DNA from: Opitutales bacterium
GTDB lineage: Bacteria; Verrucomicrobiota; Verrucomicrobiia; Opitutales; Opitutaceae
Length of the DNA stretch: 48,111 nt
NCBI GenBank assembly: GCA_900299415.1
Contig: OMJT01000022.1
Location: 1 to 48,111, forward strand
Reading direction: 5' to 3'
Positions 35,669-43,345 of this stretch are shown piece by piece. A model generated the notes under the pieces. The model made no database searches, was not told the DNA's origin, and saw only the letters and a program-made list of their open reading frames with translations. The position numbers and the translations under genes were made by a program. Position 1 is the stretch's first letter. Each line of letters begins with the position of its first letter.

Positions 35669-36259
35669 ATGGCCGACGACCAGTCGTTCGATCTGGCTGG
35701 CTGTCTCGAGCGCGTCCGCAAACGCGACCAGGCGGCGGCTCGCGAACTTGTGGAACACCTTCACCCGATGGTCATTCGGATCGTGCGGTCGCATTTGCCC
35801 CGGCGTGTTTCCGAAGAGGATCTCACCCAGGAAATCTTCCTGAAAATGTTCACCCGCATCGAACAGTACCAGGGCGCCGTCCCGTTCTCCCACTGGGTCT
35901 CCCGGATCGCGGTGACGACGTGCATCGACCACCTGCGGGCGCAGAAGCGCCGGCCGGAGTTCCGCTGGGCCGACCTCTCCGAGAACGAGGCAGATATGCT
36001 CGACGCGGTCATGACCAACGAGAATGCGGTCGACACCGCCGATGCGCTCGCCGCGCGCGAACTCGTCTACAAGCTCCTCGACCAGCTCCGGCCCGACGAC
36101 CGGATGGTGATCCAGCTGCTCGACCTCGAGCAGAAGACGATCGCCGAGATCAGCGCCCTGACCGGCTGGACCGGATCCCTCGTCAAAGTTCGGGCTTTCC
36201 GGGCCCGGCGTAGACTGCACAAGCTGTTTCAGGAATTGAAGCGAAAGGAAGGCTCATGA
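35669..36259 (+). CDS. ECF (group 4) RNA polymerase sigma factor
   Basis: Region 2 (DLTQEIFLKMF, FSHWVSRIAVTTCIDHLR) and region 4 (QKTIAEISALTGWTGSLVKVRAFRARRRL). 196 aa. Confidence 0.9.
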   Translation: MADDQSFDLAGCLERVRKRDQAAARELVEHLHPMVIRIVRSHLPRRVSEEDLTQEIFLKMFTRIEQYQGAVPFSHWVSRIAVTTCIDHLRAQKRRPEFRWADLSENEADMLDAVMTNENAVDTADALAARELVYKLLDQLRPDDRMVIQLLDLEQKTIAEISALTGWTGSLVKVRAFRARRRLHKLFQELKRKEGS

Positions 36260-36567
36260 ACTCCCACGACACCCGCCAGATCTGGACGCGACTCGCCGCC
36301 TTGGCCCGCCGCGCCCCCGCCGATTCGCGTGACGACTCGGCCCCGCTGGGCTTTGCGACACGCGTCGCCGCCCTCGCGTTCGAGGAGTCGGAGCGCCGCG
36401 TGGCCTCGCTGTTCGAGATGCTCGCCCCGCGCGCCCTGTGGATCGCCGCCGTGCTGGTCGTCGCCAGCGTGCTCGTGAACTATTCGTCCTTCGGCCTCTC
36501 CGCCGGTGCGGAGGATGCCGCGCCGACCGTGGATGACCCGGTCGCGATGCTCTTCGGCCAGTCCTGA
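36256..36567 (+). CDS. Putative anti-sigma factor (single-pass membrane protein)
   Basis: Its ATG overlaps the sigma stop (ATGA). It has one TM helix (ALWIAAVLVVASVLVNY). The call rests on position and topology only. Confidence 0.5.
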   Translation: MNSHDTRQIWTRLAALARRAPADSRDDSAPLGFATRVAALAFEESERRVASLFEMLAPRALWIAAVLVVASVLVNYSSFGLSAGAEDAAPTVDDPVAMLFGQS

Positions 36568-36572
36568 ACCGT

Positions 36573-37193
36573 ATGGGCAACATCTGGAAAGTCGTCGTGG
36601 CCTTCGTCGGCGTATTTATCGCCGGCTCGGTGTTCGGCGGCTTTTTTGCCCTGGGTGTCGGCCAGCGCATGATGGAGGGCCGCCGTCCGGTCCAGTTTAC
36701 CGACCCGGGCCTCCTGCAACGCTATGTCGAGCGCCTGCAGCTCACCGAGGAGCAAAAGACCAAGATCAAGCCGATCCTCGACAAGACCCAGTCGGAAGTG
36801 AACGAGATCCGCCGGCAGGCCACGATCGATACGGCCGCGGTCATCAAGCCGATCGTCGAGAAGGCCGAGACCGACCTGAAGGAGATCCTGACGGCCGAGC
36901 AAAGCGCCAAGTTGGGCGACCTGCAGAAGAACCGCGATCTCAATCCCGATTTCCAGAGCCGCGGTGGCCGGGGCGGCCCCCCAGGCAATTTCCCGAATCG
37001 CGGTGGCGGCTCCGGTGGGCAGGGTTTTGGCGGCGACCGCAGCGGTCGCAGCGGTCCCGGCGGCCAAGGCTTTGGCGGCGGCGAACGTGGCGGTCGCGGG
37101 GGTTTCCCGAGCCCCGGTCCGGATCAGCGTCCCACCACCACAAAGGCTGGAGCGCCAGCGGCTCCCGCAGTGCCGGCGCCGGCCGGCAACTGA
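36573..37193 (+). CDS. Spy/CpxP-like LTXXQ periplasmic protein with Gly/Arg-rich tail
   Basis: Signal-anchor, two LTxxQ motifs (LQLTEEQKTKI, ILTAEQSAKL), then an RGG-rich tail (RGGRGGPPGNFPNRGGGSGGQGFGG...GGQGFGGGERGGRGG). Confidence 0.7.
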   Translation: MGNIWKVVVAFVGVFIAGSVFGGFFALGVGQRMMEGRRPVQFTDPGLLQRYVERLQLTEEQKTKIKPILDKTQSEVNEIRRQATIDTAAVIKPIVEKAETDLKEILTAEQSAKLGDLQKNRDLNPDFQSRGGRGGPPGNFPNRGGGSGGQGFGGDRSGRSGPGGQGFGGGERGGRGGFPSPGPDQRPTTTKAGAPAAPAVPAPAGN

Positions 37194-37227
37194 TTGTGTT
37201 TGCGCCCCGACCCGGGCGCCGCATGTT

Positions 37228-37340
37228 CCGCGCCGGCCAGGTGCCATGCATGGGCAGGCGCGTGAACTCCGCCAGGGCCGGAAGGCAGCAACGGTAACGA
37301 CGTCCTCCCAGTGCCGTGGAGTGCCTGGCCACTTTTTTTC
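37228..37340 (+). ncRNA. ffs: Signal recognition particle RNA (small, 4.5S-type); ends approximate
   Basis: Contains the universal domain IV core GUGAACUCCGCCAGGGCC-GGAA-GGCAGCAACGGUAACG, with a GNAR tetraloop and AGG/AGCA symmetric loop. It sits in a long imperfect hairpin closed by GGCCAGG (37235-41) and CCTGGCC (37324-30), followed by a T7 run. It lies directly upstream of dnaX, a common synteny. Confidence 0.7.
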
Positions 37341-37381
37341 CCGCGAGCGAACCTGAGCGTCGGGACGCGTGACCGGGAGAG

Positions 37382-38614
37382 ATGCCGGCGACCCACGCGG
37401 AAAAAACTCTGGATGACATTTTCCCTCTTGTCGCTTCCGCGCACTTTCCCTCTCACTTTCTCCTTCACTTGAGCGCCCCCTACCAAGTCATCGCCCGCAA
37501 GTGGCGCCCGCAGGGCTTCGCGGATGTCGTGGGGCAGGATCATGTAGTCCGCACGCTGCGCAATGCCATCGCCCGCGGACGCATCGCCCACGCCTATCTC
37601 TTCGTCGGTCCCCGTGGCACGGGAAAAACCTCCACCGCCCGCATCTTCGCCAAGGCCCTGAACTGCACCGGCGGGCCCAAGGCGGACTTCGACCCGCAGG
37701 ACCCGGCCTGCCAGGCCATTGCTGAAGGCACCCACCTCGATGTCATCGAGATCGACGGCGCCTCAAACAACGGCGTCGACCAGGTCCGCGACCTGCGTGA
37801 CACCGTGCGATATGCTCCGGCGCAGGGCCGCTTCAAGATCTACATCATCGACGAGGTGCACATGCTCTCGACTGCGGCCTTCAACGCCCTGCTCAAGACG
37901 CTGGAGGAACCGCCCGAGCACGTGAAGTTCGTGTTTGCCACGACCGATGTACAGAAGGTGCTCCCGACCATCCTCTCGCGCTGCCAGCGCTTCGACCTGC
38001 GGCCGATTCCGTCTGAGCTCATTGCCGGTCGCCTCGCGACCATCGCCAAGGAGGAAAAGATCAAAGCCACCCCCGAGGCGCTCGCCTGCATTGCTCGCCT
38101 CGCCGACGGCGGCATGCGTGACGCCCAGTCGATCCTGGACCAGATGATTTCCTTTTGCGGCTCCACAATCTCCGAGCCCGATGTCCTAGATGTCTACGGC
38201 CTGGTTTCGGGAGAAAAGGTCGCCGCGCTGGCCGCCGCGCTGGCTGCCGCCGACCACCGTCGCATTGTGGCGATCATTGACGAATGCGATGCCGCGGGCC
38301 GCGACCTAGTTCGCCTGCTTAATGATCTCCAGGCTCTGGTGCGGGCGGCGCTGCTCGATTCGATCGCTCGGGCCGGCCGGAGTGCGAACCTCGGCTCCGA
38401 GCTGACCACCGAGCAACTCACCCGCCTGCTCGATGCCCTCCGCGAGGGCGAGGGCGGGGTGAAGCTGGGGCTGGCCGAGCGCGTCAATTTCGAAGTCGTC
38501 CTGCTCAAGGCGGTTGAGGCCAGCCGGGCCCGTGCCCTCGACAGCCTGATCAAGGAGCTTGCGGCCCTTGCCGACGAAGCCCCGGCCGCGGGGGCCGAAA
38601 AAAAAAAGGACTGA
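37382..38614 (+). CDS. dnaX: DNA polymerase III subunit gamma/tau, 0-frame product (gamma-sized)
   Basis: [19 protein letters not shown], Walker [16 protein letters not shown] and SRCQRF. The alternative start TTG 37469 ([14 protein letters not shown]) follows a C/T-rich leader. The frame ends at TGA 38612-14, four codons after an A10 run. Confidence 0.9.
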   Translation: MPATHAEKTLDDIFPLVASAHFPSHFLLHLSAPYQVIARKWRPQGFADVVGQDHVVRTLRNAIARGRIAHAYLFVGPRGTGKTSTARIFAKALNCTGGPKADFDPQDPACQAIAEGTHLDVIEIDGASNNGVDQVRDLRDTVRYAPAQGRFKIYIIDEVHMLSTAAFNALLKTLEEPPEHVKFVFATTDVQKVLPTILSRCQRFDLRPIPSELIAGRLATIAKEEKIKATPEALACIARLADGGMRDAQSILDQMISFCGSTISEPDVLDVYGLVSGEKVAALAAALAAADHRRIVAIIDECDAAGRDLVRLLNDLQALVRAALLDSIARAGRSANLGSELTTEQLTRLLDALREGEGGVKLGLAERVNFEVVLLKAVEASRARALDSLIKELAALADEAPAAGAEKKKD

Positions 38615-38928
38615 TTGACCGGTTGGAGGAGCGATTGGCCGGAGCCAATGCGATTGCCCCGGTCATATCTGTCCGCGAAGTGATTGCAGCCGATGACGAA
38701 TCCACAGTCTGGCCGGAGGGTTCCACCGCGGTCGTGATTGCGGAGGCCCCTGTGGTCATGCCGGCCACTGGGCAGGCGGTATTGAGCGACGTCTCCGGCG
38801 GACCGCTGCCGGCGCTCGATCTCATGGTCCGGCGCATCCCGCCTTCGGTGCGTGAAGCGCTCGATGACCTGTTTCGGGTGAAATTTACTGCCGTGACCCG
38901 AGTGACGGATCGTGAGCTGAGGAAGTAG
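38602..38928 (+). CDS. dnaX: -1 frame continuation of dnaX (putative tau-specific C-terminal region)
   Basis: The -1 frame is open from the A10 run through 38928. It ends ...[23 protein letters not shown], resembling the conserved C-terminal segment of tau proteins. The ORF track lists it as 38623..38928. Confidence 0.55.
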   Translation, partial: KKGLIDRLEERLAGANAIAPVISVREVIAADDESTVWPEGSTAVVIAEAPVVMPATGQAVLSDVSGGPLPALDLMVRRIPPSVREALDDLFRVKFTAVTRVTDRELRK

Positions 38929-38958
38929 CGCCTGGGCACGCTCACCCGGGGTGACGAA

Positions 38959-39318
38959 TCACAGCTTCCAGGTGGACCCAAGCCGCGGGCGGCCCTCGAG
39001 GCTGCGGTGGTAGAGGTAAGATTGCGCGCGGTGGCTGGCGAAAGGCGGCTCGAGTTGCACGGCTTCGCGAGTATACAGCCCCTCGGCGAGTCCCTCGAGG
39101 CGGTCAAGGTTGCGCAGACAGTCGTCGTCGATTTCCCAAAGCTCTCCGGTCACGCCGGCAGTTACGTCGGCCGCGCGGACCATGCCGGGATACCCAAATA
39201 GTCCATAGAGCACATACCCCGGAACAGTCACGGCCTCGCCGAGAAAACGCTGTCCCTCAAGGTGGGCGTTGTTCTTGGCGCCCCGTTTCAAAGTCCCGTA
39301 GACAAAGATACGCGTCAT
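38959..39318 (-). CDS. Gamma-glutamylcyclotransferase-like (AIG2/GGACT family) protein
   Basis: IFVYGTLKRG N-terminal motif and a catalytic-type Glu context (GELWEID). 119 aa. Its ATG overlaps the PP2C stop (ATGA). Confidence 0.85.
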   Translation of the reverse strand: MTRIFVYGTLKRGAKNNAHLEGQRFLGEAVTVPGYVLYGLFGYPGMVRAADVTAGVTGELWEIDDDCLRNLDRLEGLAEGLYTREAVQLEPPFASHRAQSYLYHRSLEGRPRLGSTWKL

Positions 39319-40163
39319 GGTTCCGGCGAACCGATTTCTATCACCACTGCAGTGCAGTTGTCACGTCCGGAGCTTCCGACCGCTGCGCGCACGAGATGCT
39401 GTGCCACCGAGAGACCTTCGGGGGCGGCGGGCGGGTGGCGGATGAGGTCATCGAGGCCGGCGTCCCACAGGCCGTCATTCAGGCCGTCGGAGCAAATCAG
39501 GAACCGGTCGCCCGCCTGGCAGCCGACCGCGCCGATGTGTGGCTCGACGAACTGGTGCTGGGCGCCGAGGGCCTGATTGAGGGAGTTGCGGCCGGGGTGG
39601 GACCGCGCCTCGCGCTCGTTGAGCTTGCCCCCGCGGCGCAGCCACCCGACGTAGGTGTGGTCGTGGGTCACCTGCGTAATGCCGCCCGCGGCGGGCAGGT
39701 GGTAGATGCGGCTGTCGCCGAGGTGCCCGAAGTAGCACCAGCCGGGCGTGAACCACGCGAGGCTCAACGTGGCGCCCATACCCGAAAGTTCCTCGTAGGA
39801 ATTGCCGAGCTTGAGCATCTCGCGGTGGATGCTGGCGAACAGTTCCTCGAGCACGTCGTTGAAACCGCGGTCGAGTCCCTGGGCCGCGAACTTGAAGCTC
39901 GAGGGAAGCAGGCGGGTGATGCGCGCGACGGTGATCTTGCTCGCGAACTCGCCCGACTTGGCCCCGCCCATGCCATCGCTCACCGCGAAAACGAAGTCCG
40001 CTCCGGCCAACGAGGCCTGCCCAGTCTTGCCGAGGTAGCGCACCTCGCGACCGTCGAAGGTCAGGGCGAGGAACGAGTCCTCGTTGTTCTGGCGCACCCG
40101 GCCGCGATCAGTTTGTGCCGACCAGGCCAGGGTGCCGGGGAGGAAAGGGGACACCGCGCTCAT
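39315..40163 (-). CDS. PP2C-family Ser/Thr protein phosphatase
   Basis: RQNNEDSF, VSDGMGG, LCSDGL and DNCTAV motifs in PP2C order. Its ATG overlaps the upstream gene stop (ATGA). Confidence 0.9.
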   Translation of the reverse strand: MSAVSPFLPGTLAWSAQTDRGRVRQNNEDSFLALTFDGREVRYLGKTGQASLAGADFVFAVSDGMGGAKSGEFASKITVARITRLLPSSFKFAAQGLDRGFNDVLEELFASIHREMLKLGNSYEELSGMGATLSLAWFTPGWCYFGHLGDSRIYHLPAAGGITQVTHDHTYVGWLRRGGKLNEREARSHPGRNSLNQALGAQHQFVEPHIGAVGCQAGDRFLICSDGLNDGLWDAGLDDLIRHPPAAPEGLSVAQHLVRAAVGSSGRDNCTAVVIEIGSPEP

Positions 40164-40567
40164 GCGTCGGGCTTGAGGGAAGGCCGGCCGGGGTCGTCCA
40201 GCAAGGTCGCGAACTCAAAGTCGATGATGCAGAAGCGCCCGTCCGCGACCCGGTAGGTGATGTTGCGAAGGTACGGATCCTCTTGGCGCTCGCCATAACG
40301 CTCCAATTCTGCAAAAAGCTCCTTCTGCCGGTCCTCGCCCAGGTGCTCGACCCGGGAACCGCAGTTCGAGGTGACCATCCGGAGTTCAGCGGGGTCCGAC
40401 TCAAAAAGGCGGGGGACAAACGGGCATCCGCGGGCCTCGAGGTGCTTCAGGACGCGCACCTCGTTGTCGAACCGTTCCTTGGCCCGGCTGCCCCGGAAAA
40501 TCTTGGTCACCCGGCCGTCATAGCCGATGCGGACCAGGGCCCGGACGGTGTCTTTTCCTTCCTGCAT
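40160..40567 (-). CDS. Mini protein-kinase-like protein (135 aa)
   Basis: From ATG 40567 (preceded by the CCCGTTC leader motif). It has a beta3-like VTKIF Lys, an alphaC-like NEVRVLKHL, a catalytic-loop-like QEDPYLRN (D..N retained) and a DFG-like IIDFEF. There is no activation segment or C-lobe. Confidence 0.5.
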   Translation of the reverse strand: MQEGKDTVRALVRIGYDGRVTKIFRGSRAKERFDNEVRVLKHLEARGCPFVPRLFESDPAELRMVTSNCGSRVEHLGEDRQKELFAELERYGERQEDPYLRNITYRVADGRFCIIDFEFATLLDDPGRPSLKPDA

Positions 40568-40677
40568 GAACGGGACAGAGAGGACGCTGGCTCCGGAAGC
40601 AAGCCGAGTTCGGGGGTTTGCCGCATTACAAGTCCGTTTTCTGGAAAAATCCGAATGAATCAAACTTCTGATTGCCT

Positions 40678-40694
40678 CTGGCATGGCAGGTGCT
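40678..40694 (+). promoter_or_regulatory. Candidate sigma-54 promoter (CTGGCATGGCAGGTGCT) for glnII
   Basis: Matches YTGGCACGRNNNTTGCW at 15/17 positions with correct GG/GC spacing. It lies 95 nt upstream of the glutamine synthetase ATG. Confidence 0.45.
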
Positions 40695-40788
40695 CAATTC
40701 CCACCCGGGTTTTCGTCCGTTCCGGACCCGCTTCGTGCGGGTCCAATAGTGTCAAGACCCCCACTTCACGTCCCAAAACCTCCATCCT

Positions 40789-41820
40789 ATGGCCAAATAC
40801 AAACTGGAATACATCTGGCTCGACGGCTACCAGCCCCTCGCCAGCCTCCGCAGCAAGACGCAGATCAAGGAGTTCGCCTCCTTCCCGAAGCTCGCCGAAC
40901 TCCCCGCGTGGGGCTTCGACGGCAGCTCCACCCAGCAGGCGGAGGGCAAGAGTTCGGACGTCGTGCTCAAGCCGGTGGCGGTCTTCCCGGACACCACCCG
41001 CAAGAACGGCGTGCTCGTGATGTGCGAGACGTACCTCCACACCGGCGAGGCTCATCCGTCGAACTCCCGCGCCACGATCCCGGATGATCCGGACACCTGG
41101 TTCGGCTTCGAGCAGGAATACTTCTTTTATAAGGACGGCGCGCCCCTCGGCTTCCCGAAGGACGGTTTCCCGGCCCCGCAGGGCCCGTACTACACCGGCG
41201 TCGGCTACAAGAACGTCGGCTGCGTTGCTCGTGAAATCGTCGAGAAGCACATCGACATCTGCCTCGATGCCGGAATCAACCTTGAGGGCATCAATGCCGA
41301 GGTCGCCAAGGGCCAGTGGGAGTTCCAGATCTTCGGCAAGGGTTCCAAGAACGCCGCCGACCAGATGTGGGTCGCCCGCTACATCCTGGCCCGCCTCTGT
41401 GAAGGCTACGGCATCGACATCGAATGGCGCTGCAAGCCCATCCTCGGGCCGTTCAACGCGCCGCTCGATTGGAACGGCTCGGGCATGCACTCCAACTTCT
41501 CGACCAAGCACATGCGCGAGGTCGGGGGCAAAGCCTACTTCGAAAAGCTCATGGCCGCCTTCAGCAAGAACTGCAACGAGCACATCGCCGTCTACGGCCC
41601 GGAGAATCACCTCCGCCTCACCGGCCTGCACGAGACCCAGTCGATCGACAAGTTCAGCTACGGCGTGGCCGATCGCGGCGCATCCGTGCGCGTCCCGCAC
41701 AGCTTTGTCAACAACGGCTACAAGGGCTACCTTGAGGACCGTCGTCCGAATTCGGCCGCCGACCCGTACTTGGTCGCGGGCCGCATTCTTAAGACGATCC
41801 AGTCCGTCCCGACGACCTGA
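40789..41820 (+). CDS. glnII: Glutamine synthetase type II
   Basis: 343 aa. KLEYIWLDG, GFEQEYF, NAEVAKGQWEFQ, NGSGMHSNFS and a RVP....GYLEDRRP C-terminus are typical of GSII. Confidence 0.95.
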   Translation: MAKYKLEYIWLDGYQPLASLRSKTQIKEFASFPKLAELPAWGFDGSSTQQAEGKSSDVVLKPVAVFPDTTRKNGVLVMCETYLHTGEAHPSNSRATIPDDPDTWFGFEQEYFFYKDGAPLGFPKDGFPAPQGPYYTGVGYKNVGCVAREIVEKHIDICLDAGINLEGINAEVAKGQWEFQIFGKGSKNAADQMWVARYILARLCEGYGIDIEWRCKPILGPFNAPLDWNGSGMHSNFSTKHMREVGGKAYFEKLMAAFSKNCNEHIAVYGPENHLRLTGLHETQSIDKFSYGVADRGASVRVPHSFVNNGYKGYLEDRRPNSAADPYLVAGRILKTIQSVPTT

Positions 41821-41844
41821 GTCGCCCGCGCGTTGTCAGCTTTC

Positions 41845-41877
41845 GCGCCAGCCCTTTCCGGGCTGGCGCTTTTTTTT
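41845..41877 (+). terminator. Rho-independent terminator of glnII
   Basis: GCGCCAGCCC-TTTCC-GGGCTGGCGC forms a perfect 10-bp stem followed by T8. Confidence 0.85.
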
Positions 41878-41931
41878 GGGCTCGGAGCCAGCCGCCCGCG
41901 CCGCCTAGCGTCGCGTACGTTTCGGCAACCC

Positions 41932-42876
41932 ATGGGAACGACGAGCCCTTCTCCCCGTGTCCCTGTTTGGGAATGGATCCATGCCCTGCTGTTAGCCGCG
42001 AGCCTCGCTTGGACCACCCTGTGTCTGGGGGGCTACCGTCCGGAAACGATGACCGTCACGGTTTGGCTCAATGGCCTGCTTTTGGCCTCGGTGCTGCTCT
42101 CGGTCGCCTTGCAGGGCGGCCCCGCCATACACCCGGCCGGCTGGTTATTGCTGCCGTTCTTCGCCTATGCGGCGGCCAACGCCGCGTGGCTCACCCCGGT
42201 CGGCTGGCTGGGCTGGCATGACTGGCTACTCTGGGCTCAAGCCGGTGTGGTGTTCTGGGTCGTGCTGAATGGTGTGCAGTTGCCAGGGCCGCGGAGCTTC
42301 CTGCTCGCCGTTCTTGCCGTGCTCGCGGTGGTGGCCGTGACGCTCGCCGTCTACCAGCGTTTCCTTGACCCGGAGTGGCTGATGCTGGGACGCCGGCAGG
42401 TTTTGCAGTTTTTGGGACGTTCCAGCGGCCCGTTCGGAATTCCCAACAGCCTTGCCGCACTGCTCCTGCTGGTGTTTCCCGCCACGCTGGCGGTCGGCCT
42501 CGGCCGCGGGGTCTCGATTGGATGGCGGGCGCTGGCGCTCGGGTTGACGGGAACGTTCGGTTTCGGACTTTTCCTCACGATCAGTCGCGGTGCTTGGCTT
42601 GGCTTGGCGCTGGCCCTGATTGTGTGGCCGCTGGTTTCGGGCTGGCGAAGCCTGGCCCGACGCCTGGCGGTCTCGACCGGCATTCTTGTCGCGGTGGTCG
42701 TGACCGTGGCGACGATTTATGCCGTGGCCCCAGGTCCCCGCCTTCGGTTGGACCAGCTCGTGGAGTTCAGCGGCGAGCGCACGCGACCGATCATGTGGCG
42801 GATTGGATGGTCGATCTTCCGGGAACATCCGATCACTGGCGGCGGGGCGGGCAGCTACAACGTGTTGCTTGAATAA
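41932..42876 (+). CDS. O-antigen ligase/polymerase family (Wzy_C) membrane protein, truncated by a TAA
   Basis: Multi-TM protein with the Wzy_C core (TISRGAWLGLALAL, HPITGGGAGSYN). Family-typical sequence (FRPENFPDDAQSAHNDYLNTLSDYGFVGF) continues in the same frame right after the TAA at 42874-76. ATG 41932 is preferred because the upstream part overlaps the terminator. Confidence 0.7.
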   Translation: MGTTSPSPRVPVWEWIHALLLAASLAWTTLCLGGYRPETMTVTVWLNGLLLASVLLSVALQGGPAIHPAGWLLLPFFAYAAANAAWLTPVGWLGWHDWLLWAQAGVVFWVVLNGVQLPGPRSFLLAVLAVLAVVAVTLAVYQRFLDPEWLMLGRRQVLQFLGRSSGPFGIPNSLAALLLLVFPATLAVGLGRGVSIGWRALALGLTGTFGFGLFLTISRGAWLGLALALIVWPLVSGWRSLARRLAVSTGILVAVVVTVATIYAVAPGPRLRLDQLVEFSGERTRPIMWRIGWSIFREHPITGGGAGSYNVLLE

Positions 42877-43075
42877 TTTCGACCAGAGAACTTCCCCGAC
42901 GATGCCCAGTCGGCGCACAACGACTATCTCAACACGTTGAGCGACTACGGCTTCGTTGGCTTCGCATTGCTTTTTGGCGCAATGGCCGTGATCGGCTGGC
43001 GTTGCCGGCGCGATTGCCGGCGGCACGATCGGCAACGGGATCGATCACGAGCGCGGCACGCTCTACCGCTCCGAG

Positions 43076-43327
43076 GTGGAGGCGACCAGCGATGTTTTCG
43101 TTGCCCGGCCGCCGGATCTGCCGCCGCCCCCGCGCGAGGTCGTGGTCGTGCGTCCAGCCCCGGATTATGTCTGGATTACGGGTTACTACAGCTACGTCGG
43201 CGTGAACCGCTACGAGTGGGTTCCGGGCCGCTGGGAGGTCCCGCCGCCGAACCGGCGCGCCTTCGTGAGCCCGCACTGGAAACGCACCGGCGGCAGCTAC
43301 GTGTACATTCGCGGCTACTGGCGCTGA
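43076..43327 (+). CDS. WXXGXW/YXWGXW-repeat protein, probably a 5'-truncated remnant
   Basis: YVWITGYY, WVPGRWEVPPP and YIRGYWR repeats. The same frame is open upstream to 42992 and encodes a glycine-zipper-like GVAGAIAGGTIGNGID, but with no start codon or signal peptide. Confidence 0.45.
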   Translation: MEATSDVFVARPPDLPPPPREVVVVRPAPDYVWITGYYSYVGVNRYEWVPGRWEVPPPNRRAFVSPHWKRTGGSYVYIRGYWR

Positions 43328-43345
43328 GCGGCGGGCCGCCCTCGA

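Noticed and set aside
33871-36213. 780-aa plus-strand ORF antisense to leuA and overlapping the ECF sigma gene
   Set aside because: It is a low-complexity Gly/Asp/Arg/Leu translation with no motifs. leuA and the sigma gene explain the coding signal.
36940-37735. ORFs 36940..37419(-) and 37124..37735(-) covering the dnaX upstream region
   Set aside because: These are Arg/Gly/Pro-rich shadow ORFs. The region is better explained by the SRP RNA and the dnaX 5' end.
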